From: Lama glama
Taxonomy: Eukaryota
Reading direction: 5' to 3'
NCBI GenBank assembly: GCA_028534125.1
Contig: CM052816.1
Location: 25,174,001 to 25,238,000 of the forward strand
DNA length: 64,000 bases
The notes below the pieces were generated by a model, which saw nothing but the letters and a program-made list of their open reading frames with translations, did no database searches and was not told the DNA's origin. A program made the position numbers and the translations under genes. Below are positions 1 through 10,965 of the stretch, in pieces (position 1 is the stretch's first letter; each line of letters opens with the position of its first letter).

Positions 1-1284
1 TTGCTAATGCGATGAAAGATACATTTTGGCTGCAGTTGGTACAATTTTTGGAAGCCTTTTTGGTATTTTGTTAGACGGAAGGCTGTTTTTGAGGTGAGAT
101 CAAGCCCCTCTGACTACAGACAGAGTCTGATTGTATGTTCTTGGCTTAACAGTCTGAGTTTATAATGTATTTAAACTTTCACTCAGCTTTCTTAGATGTG
201 ATTTATTTGCAGATTATATTACCTGGGAAAAAGAGTTCATGGACCTGAGTTGTCCTGGGTAGTTTGGGACTCGGCTGGTTGGTGCCTGAATGTTTGTTCC
301 ACCCCTGCTTTAGCGTAGAACCTGAGCCTTATTATCTTCATAAAACAGCATCTTTTTAACTGCAGTCAGCAGTGTCAGATAGACTGTTTACAGCTGACTT
401 TTTCATTGCAGTTTCAGTTTCCCCTATGCTTTTCATTCTACAGTTTTCCTGAGAATCATACATAGTATGGGAAACAAAGACAGGATGAGAGAGACTACTG
501 CAATGGCTCGCTTCCTCACAAAACAGTCCTCGCAAGTCAAAAGACCCACCCCATAGGAATCAGACTGACTTTCATAAAACCAGGGATTTGAGCACAGTGT
601 GGGGCATGTATTATTGCCACAGAGCACAAGCCACATAGAACCATAAAGAGACAGGCTTTATCTCTCTGCCTGAAACCCTCTTGGAACCTTCTGGGAGTGC
701 ACATTTTAAATCAAGAATCAAAACATTTTCCCAGCACAACTGCAAATTGAAAATAGGCACTTGAACAACACAGGCAGAGATGTAGAAGAAGAATGACTTT
801 GAAATGCCTACAACCCACCCCAAGCCACCCCAGGTCTGTCTGTAGACAGGAGCAGTATTCATCCCTGGTAAAGGGTATGTAGCACTTGGTAGAAACAAAT
901 GACAGCTGACAAAAAGATCCATTAGATGCCTGAACTTGCCCCTTGCCAGCACAAAGTATTTTTCTTTTCTTTTTTTTCCGTCATAAAGAAAGGGCAGGTA
1001 TTTTTATTTCAAGAAGCAGTCTATAGCCATAGGGTTTTTTTTTTTTCCTGTAGCACTTCCTAGTACATTGCAGTTGAAACGAGCACCTAAATGACGAATT
1101 TCTTTCATTAGTCTAAGTGGTGTGAGACATTGAGGGAAACAAGCTTAAGGATATATTATTGTTCTGCGTGTTTAAAAACAAGAATAACAACAACTTGGAG
1201 GTCAAGAAGTCCATCCTCTTTTTGTGAGAGAAGTTTCTATCACAAAGACAAAGAGAACAAAATTTTTATTGCTGCATATTGGTC

Positions 1285-1790
1285 AGTGACATTTATTGAG
1301 TGTTTTCCTAATGACAATCTCTGCACTGCGCTGGCATGATGAAAAAGCATCAGCCTTCAAGGGTCTGGGTCCAGTTAGGAAAACAGACCCTCCAGGCAAG
1401 GAAGGTGAATCCTTCCTGAATGAAGTCTTTGCTAAAGAAAGAGAGATGAAAGTTAAAGGAAGTGTGTGAGGCCCAAAGCCTTCCCCAGCAGAGAATGAGA
1501 AGTTGGAAGAATGGCTTCTTTATGCAGAGAAGTTTGGGAGGAGCTGAAAGACAGTTAGGAGAGAAAAGGAGAGAGGGAATAGAATGTGCTGAGGCTCAGA
1601 GAAGGGGCATGTTCTGGGTGAGAAACAGAGAATGGCCTACTTTCAGTCAGTCATAGAGTCTGTGAGAGAGGACTGATACCAGCTGTGAGAAAGGCGGGAG
1701 TTTGGGCAGAAGACCTCCATCACCAAGTTGAGCTGTATCAATTTGATAACACTAGGCAACAGGAAGCAGTTATGATTTGCATGCAAGAGC
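1285..1790 (-). mobile_element. L2 LINE 3' fragment, highly decayed
   Basis: Starts ACATTTATTGAGTG (reverse complement of the L2 tail), followed by purine-rich antisense L2-like motifs (CTTCAAGG..., GGCAACAGGAAGC). Confidence 0.6.
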
Positions 1791-2569
1791 GGCGTGTCTG
1801 GAAAGAGCGGGCGGCAGAGACTGAATCTCTGAGCCAGGCTTTTTAGAACACGGATTAGCTGCCGTAGCTATGCATTTTATTCTAGGTGGTTTGTTGATGA
1901 ACAGGTCATGACTCCTACATTCAATCTTGTGGAGGTGAGAGATATGGACTTAACTAACACAAGGAGGTGACAGAGGACAGACAAAAGAGCAGAGGGAGGG
2001 TGAGGACTCAAGGAACAGCCTTCATAGTGACTTGGTACAGCCCTGGGGCTCTGATGTGGCCCAGAGCACAATTTCTCAGTTTCATGTCCCTACAGCAGCT
2101 TGTGTAGAGAGGTGAGAAGAGCAACATGATGGAAAAGGTTAGGAGTTTCAAGTGTAAGATGAATCTATGGATACAGACAGATACTAATAAGGCTTTGTGA
2201 CCAATCAAACAAGAATGGGAGCATAACCGGGAGTCTTGGCCAGAGGTGAAATTTTTGTACGTGTGTATGTAAGCATTTGTGATTTTGTTTTCTTTAACTA
2301 GAGATTGGTCTGATTCTAGGTGATATGAAGTCAGAAAATACCTAAAGACTAACATTCCTTGTTCTGTGAAAGGCCACTAGGACACTTACTTATGTAAATA
2401 TAGAGCAAGTATATAAATATTTGATTATTTATAATATTCATAAGTACTTATTTACATACATATTTAAATAGTTACGTAAATATGGAGCAAGTTGTCCTGG
2501 ATGAGTAGCCTGACAAGACATATGTATTTTGAGTGACTTTTTAGAAACTATTTTGTTGATTATAATTGT

Positions 2570-2640
2570 GTAAGTAATGGGTATGTGGGAGGCCATTACA
2601 CCATTCCCCTAATACATGCATATATTATGGAAAATTATAT
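2570..2640 (+). mobile_element. Old L1 (L1MC/L1ME-type) extreme 3' end fragment
   Basis: GTAATGGGTATGTGGGAGGCCATTACACCATTC resembles the L1M 3' terminal motif GGTGATGGGTACATGG..TTCATTATACTATTC. Confidence 0.45.
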
Positions 2641-2740
2641 TAAATATGTATTATTATTAAATATATTATTTAATATACAAAATAAAATTAAATGTATTAA
2701 AATATTAAATACTATATATTAAGTATATTTATTTAATGTA
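2620..2740. repeat. AT-rich low-complexity tract
   Basis: Nearly all A/T, with ATATT/TAATA units. Confidence 0.8.
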
Positions 2741-3559
2741 AGTTTCTAAAATGGAGGAATTAGCCATGAGGGAATTAATGCCTAGAAAACAAAGGGAGAC
2801 TGTAATGGACCCTGGAACAAGTCATGATCTGGTGTGTTCCCCAGCTCGGGGCCATGCATTAAAATGGCGGAACTGTAACGCTGGGGCGAGACACTAAAGC
2901 ACAAGCCAGAGGAATTTCCTTCTCTGGAAACACCATCAGAGAAGGGCTTGCTGAGCCAGGGCACCGTGTTAGTGGAAGGGAGCTGTGGATTGAGTCTTCT
3001 AGGGTGGCTGGAGCATCATGGCCCCTCCCTGCAGCATGACTCCTCCCCAGACAGACTCAGCTCCTAGTCATCTGGTGCTCAAGTGGCACTTGAAACACTT
3101 AGGGCAGCTCAGCTCTTCCCTGCCTCATACCCTTGGAATGACTCACACCAAAACCATCCCATCTCTACCATCAAGTAGATCAGCCTGGCCTACAAGGAAG
3201 TGACTGGAAGAAGAATTAAAAGAGTTTTCTCCTGAATGGCTGCAGGAGGCTGGTTGCATCAAGGGGCCCATGGAATCAGCCAGAGCAGGGGACAGAGCTC
3301 CACCTTCATGCTCTGGTTACAACCTTCACCTATAGCTCCAACAGCTCACATCATCTGTCTATCCCTAAACTAGATTGACAGTCATATTATCTAAGGAGAT
3401 GGAGTCAGATTCAGTTCTGGGGATTTATGACCAAAGAATACTTGAGGCAAGCTGCATGAAATGTGTAAAGGAGAAGTCCTGCATACATTGGTTTCAAGAC
3501 TAAGCTCAAAATCTCATGTTCCTGCACTTTTTACCACCTAAACTAGAAATAATTTTTTC

Positions 3560-4005
3560 CTTGTCTTACTTTTCTTTACAAGCACAAATATTTTAATTTA
3601 AATTGTAATACGTAGTGAGACTTCCTAGTCACCCCACTTCCCCCATATTGATTTTAAGCTCCGGATTGCCTAAATGTAGATTAAACAACTTTGTAAATGC
3701 CATGGTCCGTAAATAATGTGTCCTGAGTTCTTATGATGAGCCTGACACAGTGCTAAGTACTTTCACATGCCTGAACTCACAAGTTACAAAATCCTAAAGA
3801 AATATATGTAATACTGTTATCCCCATTTTACAGATGAGGAAATTGATGCACTGAAAGTTTAATAAATTGTCCAAAGTCACAGAATTTGAACCCAGGTATT
3901 CTGTCTCTGGAGTATGAACACTTAATGATTATCTTTTCTGCCTTGCTTACAACATATGTATACAGCATAGGCTCAGTAAATATTGATAAATGACTAAATA
4001 GATGT
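3560..4005 (+). mobile_element. L2 3' end, interrupted by a MIR
   Basis: GATTTTAAGCTCC on the left; L2 tail GCTCAGTAAATATTGATAAATGACTAAAT at about 3972-4000. Confidence 0.5.
3712..3932 (-). mobile_element. MIR SINE
   Basis: Core ATCCCCATTTTACAGATGAGGAAATTGA, plus CACAGTGCTAAGTACTTT and GAATTTGAACCCAGG. Confidence 0.9.
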
Positions 4006-4184
4006 GGGATTAGTCATGTCCTAGGGTCTGAACAAGGCTCTGAGGTGGGACTGTGGTGGTAGACATGGGTAAGGAGTACCTTTTTCTGTGATGACAACTG
4101 TGTGGGAGTTAGAGGTAATATGAAGATGAACTTAATTAAGCACACTTCAGCTTGTGGACTAGATACAAGAGGGAAATAGGGATG

Positions 4185-4590
4185 TATTTTTTCTTATATA
4201 ACAAGATATCCAGAGTTTTACTGTTGGTAGTGTTGGTTTATTTGCTCAAGGATGCAATTAGGATCTTTCTTCCCTTCTGTGTGGGCATCTCAGAATGTTG
4301 ATTTTCATCCCCATGTTTGTCTCATGGTCACAAGATGTCTGCGGCAGATCCAGTCATTACATCTGTGTGGGAGACAGAAAGAAGCAGTGAAAAATAGAAC
4401 CTTCCCCATCTGTCCTCTTTTACAAAGAAAGCTTTCTATGGTGCTATCTTTCTCAGCAAAGTTCTGTTCAGCTCTCATTGGCTAAACAGGTCACAGGGTC
4501 ATCCCTAATTGCCATGAATAGCTTATGCATCACCAAGGCTAGGCAATTTGTGGCTCTGAACAAAATCTTAATTCTCTTAGGAAGGAATAG
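4185..4590 (-). mobile_element. Old MaLR LTR (MLT1K/L-like)
   Basis: CTCATGGTCACAAGATGTCTGC, CTCATTGGCTAAACAGGTCACA and GAACAAAAT match antisense MLT1J/K/L motifs. Confidence 0.7.
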
Positions 4591-5053
4591 AGATTGTTTC
4601 CATCTGAAAAACAGATGAGAAACATACATATTTCCCAGTTAAATACAAAACAGATCTTCTATTTTATTTTGTCTTAAACCTGTTGTGTGCTTGCCTATCA
4701 AATAAGTTCTATAATCACAATGTTTCATATTTGCAAATGTCCTAGTGTCATTCTTGGCCATCATTTGTTATTTTGTTATGATACACCTCATTGCATTGCT
4801 GCTGTTTTGATTTGCCAATTTGAGTAACATATCATTAAGTAGTTATAAGACACTTCTTTACAGAGCTTTAAGAGTTTTAAAAGATAATATTTATTTTGGC
4901 AGCTACTCAGTGTGGTAATTTGAAGTCAAAGTCCTGCTGGGGTTGGGAATGAAACCCACATTCTCCAACCTGAACTAAAACTGAATGCACACTCCTATGG
5001 AAGACATCCCACAGTTTCCTTCTGTGCGAGGAACTGTATCAAGCCCTCCTGCT

Positions 5054-5135
5054 GCGTGTGTGGTGGGGTGAGTGTGTGTATATGTGTGTGTGCACACATA
5101 TCTAAGTGATAGAGACAGAGACACACAGAGAGAAG
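5054..5135. repeat. Degenerate (TG)n/(AG)n low-complexity tract
   Basis: Seen directly. Confidence 0.7.
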
Positions 5136-5989
5136 GAATAGGCTGCATATAGCGTCTCTTAATAAGGTTCACCTATTGAGTTGCAGTGTCAAATCCAAAG
5201 TTTTTTCCTTCCTTCCTATCCTCTAATTGCTGTTGATATTTCATGGATTCATGGCTGTGATTTTTATATAATGGCCATATTTACCGTTGTATTTAATTCT
5301 AGTATCAATTTTAATTAGACATTTCTGAAGCTGGTTAGTTTAATCCAAAATCATTATAGGAGGGTTTTTCTTTTCCTGGTTTCTATAACTCTCAAATTTA
5401 TGACATTGATATGTAGTGATCCAAATAAGAGTAGAAACAAAAACCTTTTACTTGTATAATCCTGCAAAATTAGGATTTTTCCTTATCACAATTGTAAATT
5501 CATTCCCATCTCTTCATATTGAACATTTTCTTTCCTGTAAAAAACTGTCACATTTGTAAGTGACTTCTCAGTCTCTTCCTATTTTAGTACAAGAGCAACA
5601 TGACCATCTTTAGAAAATTATTACAAAGCTGCTTTAACAACTTGAAACATTATGCGTAATCATTTATCATAATTACTTACTGTTCTGTCTTCCCCACTGA
5701 AGCATTGGCTTCTTGTTAGCAAGCACTTCACCTTTTTTTGTTTCCCTCAAGGCTTGGTTTGCACTTGTGTAAGCAAAGGGACAGACTGACAGACCTGGGG
5801 GAATAAAATAGGCTTCTGTCCTTAGATGGCTTTTCTTTTAGTCTGAGACCTGTGATAGACAAACATAAAAATGTTCTCATTGTTCTCGTCCATTTCTTCT
5901 ATTCTCTGGGAAGAGGAACCAACAATTTTAGATGCTTTCCTTCTTAAATCCTTTATTTCAAACACCCCTGCCTCCTCTGAGTTCCTGAA

Positions 5990-6180
5990 CCATTAATTAC
6001 ACTGTCTCTTTAGTATCTTCAATCTCTTCCTCACCACTATCCTCTTCTCTCAGACTACAAATGTTCTCAAATCTTCCTCATCCTAAAAACCCTTCCCCTG
6101 AATATATCCTTCACTCCCTTTCCCATCACTATCAACTTCTTTCTCCACATTTACGTGTTTCAATCTCTCCTCACCTCCAT
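5990..6180 (+). mobile_element. L2 internal (ORF2) fragment
   Basis: ATCTTCAATCTCTTCCTCACCACT...ATGTTCTCAAATCTTCCTCATCCTAAAAACCCTTCCC resembles the L2 RT region. Confidence 0.6.
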
Positions 6181-7319
6181 TATAATTCACTGTTACTGGA
6201 TTCACAAGTGTCAGCATGGGGCTTGGATGAAACAAAAGACCTGGCACAGACTGCACTTGGGTAAATCTGTCCTAAAGAAACAGAGGGGAGTCAGTACTGC
6301 TGGGATATGTGACAAGACCAGAAACGTTTACCAGGATATTCACAGGTTAAGCCTCTGGTCCACATTGTGTGGAACACAGTCGCTAATGATCTTGTCTGTG
6401 GTTGAAAGAGGATCATATTAGAGTTATTGGAAGCTTAACTAAACCCCCAGATCCAACACCAGGTAGCCTAACCTGACTCACCCCATGTGGAACCCAGGCG
6501 AATTTAATCAGGATCAGCTTCTCACAGCAGTAGTATTGATACTAGAGAAGTACACTTGTACTCCAAAGTTATTCACTGGACACTCAAAAAAATAAACAAT
6601 GTATATTTCACACCAAACTTACAAGGAGAATTTAAAGAGGCTAGATCTGAAATCTTTACAGCCATCTTTTATCAAAGGTTCTTTTATCAAAGCCCCATGG
6701 ATTATGTTTTTCTAGACTACATAACACAAATGTGAAGAAATATTTTGCTAGAGGAAACCTAGGAGATCAGACCCTTTGGAAAGTTGGTGTGTGTCATAAA
6801 AGATGGCTGTCAATATAGCAGATTTAGGGGAGGATCTTTTGGAAATGATGACGAGCAATGTTAGGAACTGGGATGCAATCATGGGAACACACATGCTGAA
6901 AAGTTTAGCTTCTTAACTGCTTTTCCCTTGAACTTAAAGAGGTCACAATCTTTTCTTGATACATTTTGATCTTATTTTGGAGGACACTTCAGGAAAGCCT
7001 GATATACTTATGACTTGTGTGATGGGTACGTGGAGGTGCCCAAGAGAGTTGGAGAACCCAGCATTGTCTATGGGTCAAATCCACACACTCCCTCTTTCTC
7101 AGTGGAGATGAAACTTAATGAGTGGAACAAAATGAACACGTGTCTCATTAGCCTTGGTTTTCGTGTCCCACTCTTCTCTGCCAACATGTGTTTCTAGTCT
7201 ATTTTACAGCCTAAGGTATGAAGAATCACCACCATTGTGTGACTCCCAAGTCCTTACATTCAGTTCCAAGTGTGTGTTCAATCTGAGCTCAATCTGATCC
7301 TGGACATCACCTCCTAAAC

Positions 7320-8146
7320 ATACTCTCTCAGTCTGCCCCTGGTCACCTTCTCCTTCTCTCCTTCTCCTGCTACCCCAGCACCTTCCTCCCTAAAAACATT
7401 GATGTTGGCACAGTAGCTCAAGGTAAACACAAGATCTTTTTTTGTGTGTTCACAAATGTTGACAAATACTTTCCGTTTCATCTCTAATGTATTTCCCAGT
7501 TTCACTTCTTCCTCTGCATTTTGCTTACCTACTGCCCTTACTCCCTCTCACTCCATTGATTCTTCCTGCCTCTGTTGCCACCTCCTCAAGCCAAATTTCA
7601 TCAACATTATATTTCTAACCCACAAATTATGTTAAATATAACAGAAAATAAAATACATAATTAAGTTTGAAATTTCTGTGTATTTTTAGCAAGTTTTACC
7701 AACCAGCCTTTTTAGTTTTATGTGCCCTTCCTCTCCAACTATAGAAGCAAATCCTATATCCTAATACTCTGATATACAAGCTAATCTTCTAATATAACGT
7801 ACTCTTTATTTTTTGCTCCATGATTTTGTACACAATATTCCTCCTAACCAAATATTTCTCCCTTCCCCTTTTTCCAAATGTCAAGCACATGATCATCCCA
7901 CAAAATCAAATCCGTGTATTATGTTCTCAAAAAGCAGCCCCTGATTCCTACCATCAGACCTCCTCAGAAATGCCCTCCTTTTCCCCCAAGCACTCTGTAT
8001 ACAACTCTGTGATAAGATTTTTGAAGCAAAGTGTCTAAAAAATTTTTTAACTGAGCTTTTTAAAACTCAGGTTGTCATTTAAGTTTTTATCTCTATAACA
8101 TAGCACAGTGTTTTGTACATAATAGTTGGCAAATAAGTGTTGAGTA
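7320..8146 (+). mobile_element. L2 3' portion, decayed and discontinuous
   Basis: Pyrimidine-rich L2-like blocks ending in CATAGCACAGTGTTTTGTACATAATAGTTGGCAAATAAGTGTTGAG. Confidence 0.55.
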
Positions 8147-10212
8147 ACCTAGGAGGAAGCAAGTCTGCGGCAAAGCCATGAAGTATGGTCACAATAGTGG
8201 AATTCAAACCACCAGTGGAGACATTTGTTGCTGAACAGAGAAAAATTGCCACCTAATTCATCCAGCAAGTGTAATGTACATGTATACAGATGCTCTTTCC
8301 TTTAGGTAGTTTTTCACCAGCCTGTTAGCATAGAGACATAGAAAATTTCCTCAACACATATCGCTAATTTTATTTAGGATCGATGTGCATTGTTTTATTC
8401 ACACAAGAACGGGATTTTCCCCTAAGGTTGCTAGTGTAGGCTTCAATGATATACTCATGACACTTACCTTCAGCAAGTAATGATTCATCTCCCCAGATCT
8501 CACTCAGAGTCAGTAGTAGATCTGGAGAATTTTCTGAAGTTTCTTTTATGTCCAGCAGGACTGGCTGAGACTGGACATGAAAGCTGTCTAAATACTCTTA
8601 TCTATTCCCAACCTGCAGAAATGCAGGCTTCATGCTTTCTCTGCTCGTTGTCATGAATCATGATGCTGACAAGTAAGTCAGATTCATAACATTAAACACA
8701 GGTTGATAGGAAGAACTTTTTCCTGCATCCGTTGGGGAAGGGCACGGCTGTTCTCCTGCAGATCTGAGCTTCTCCTGCCCATGTAAATGTAAAGCTCGAG
8801 TAGAGACCAAAAGATAGCCAGTTTTTATTTTATTTTCGCTGGGATAAAGAAGATCCATTTTTTGCCCTGACAAGTCTCTATTTTGTTTTCTTTAAAGCTG
8901 CTTGCTGCGTCCTGGAAATTCCATTGTGTCATTGCTCTGAAGTTGATTCATATTCTATTATGGAGTTGTTATTATCCTGGCCTTTATTATAATGAATAAT
9001 AATACTCTGTAGCTATACGACATCTTTCTTCTTAGATCATCCTGTTTAGCCTCATAAAATAAATTAATCAAGTTACACCTTTAACGAAAACAGTAAGCTA
9101 CTTCATTGTAAAAGCAAATTGTCTTTGTTCTGATTCCAATTATGTACAGTTTTCTAAAGAGGTATTTTAAAATATCAGGGGAATTTTCAGATTGGGCATT
9201 ATTTAACCTGACTGACTGGTCTCCCCAGAATTAATAAATAAAATAGTGTTTTGAAATGCTAAGTATGTGAGAAAAATGGATAAATGCTTCTGAAGCACAA
9301 CAGAGAGATCAGAGCATATATTAAATACACAGATAGAAAGTTAGTCTTTGCCTAGTGCAGTATACATTTTTAAATGTTTGTCAAGAAGAGTATCTGGTAA
9401 TATTGAGCTTGTTATAGTTCTCCTTGCTCATAATACTTGCAGAAGTTTGTGCAGAAGTCACAGACAGGAAATATTTCTGACAGTATCTTATAATGTGACT
9501 CTTCATCACCCCCATCACCTCCCCCAACCTGGATGACTGCTGCCATTCTATTCCCTGCAGAGGGAAATAAGGAAAGTAATTATCATATTTAATGTATGTA
9601 TGTGGAAATTTCTAATAATATCTAATTGTTAGGCTTCGACTTGAATTTAGTTTTTTTTTACTCCAGTGGAAGTTTTTAAGTACTTGGTGTACAACCCTAT
9701 CTCTCAAATTTATCTCTCAAATTTTCTGTGTCTGATGGAAGAAAATGGTAAGGGAGTAAACAGGGAATTTCCATCTCAAGCAATCTTTAGCACCATCCAC
9801 CTCTCATCTATAATTGTGGCTGTTTGCAGATTCAGCACCACCTGAGTCCACATCAGTGCAGTCAGGTTTGGTAATAGATTATTTTCTCTATTTTTCTCTG
9901 TCGTACAAGCGTTCCATGTACAGCCGGGCCATTTGGCTGTATAGCTTTTGGTTTAGGGTCTGTATGTGGCTAGAAGCAAGTAAAAATAGTCTATTGAAAA
10001 TTATAGCCATATCATGAAGTATGTACAAGCCAAGAAGACCTCAAAGCAATTTTTCTGTATAAAACAAAGAGAATTGAGTTAGTCATATTTGAGAAACAAT
10101 TCATAATCCAGATGTGAAAAATTGTGAGAGAGTCAAATGAAGAGTCACAGCCTTCACTTCTAATTCTCACATGCAATTCAGATACTTCTCTTTCAAATCA
10201 ATTTTGACTCAC

Positions 10213-10733
10213 TATGGAAGGGTGAATAGTGCCCCCCTAAAGATGTCCATATCCTAATCTCCAAAACCTGTCAATATGTTGCCTTACGTGGTCCAAGGGA
10301 CTTTCCAGGTGTGGATTAAATTAAATATTTTGTGATGGAGAGGTTATCCTAGATTACGTGCGTGGCCCAATGTAGTTAAAAGTGTCTTCCCTCTGATATG
10401 TGAGAAAAGAGAGTAAGAGTTATAGACAGAAGGTGATGTGATGACTGAAACAGAGAGAAAGAGATTTTTGAAGATGCTACCCTGCTGGCTTTGAAGACGG
10501 AAGAAGGGGCCATGAGCCAAAGAAGGCAGATGGCCGTCAGAAGCTGGAAAGGCAAGAAAACGGCTTCTCCCGTAGAGCCTCTAGAAGGAACACAGCCTCA
10601 CCAACACTGTGACTTGAGCCAGTGAAAGCTGTTTTGAACTTCTGACCTCTAGGACTATAAGATTATAAATTTGTATTTTTAAGCTGTATAATTTGAGGGC
10701 AATTTATTATAACAGAAATGGAAGCCTAATATG
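10213..10733 (+). mobile_element. MLT1D-like solo LTR (ERVL-MaLR)
   Basis: AAAGATGTCCATATCCTAATC, CTGCTGGCTTTGAAGA, AGAAGCTGGAAAGGCAAG and CTTCTGACCTC motifs; near-TSD CTCAC/GTCAC. Confidence 0.9.
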
Positions 10734-10744
10734 GTCACTGATGG

Positions 10745-10965
10745 TGACGAAGGGAAGTGTGGACACTGGGCCTGTCCAGGTTTGAGTCTTGGCTCAGCCG
10801 TTTATCAGTGGTGTGACCTTCAACAAGTTATTTATACTCTCTGGGACTAAGTTGTCTTATCTATAAAATGAGTATACCTATATTGCATTGAGTGTTATAA
10901 AGATTAATTTAATTAGTTCATATAAAGAGCTGAGAATAGTTCCTGCTGCAAAATAAGTGGTCACG
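10745..10965 (+). mobile_element. MIR SINE
   Basis: GGTTTGAGTCTTGGCTC, TGTGACCTTCAACAAGTTATTT and ATCTATAAAATGAG. Confidence 0.85.

Noticed and set aside
9917..9943. Hairpin TGTACAGCCGG/TTGGCTGTATA as a miRNA precursor
   Set aside because: The stem is about 11 bp with G-U pairs, far too short for a pre-miRNA.
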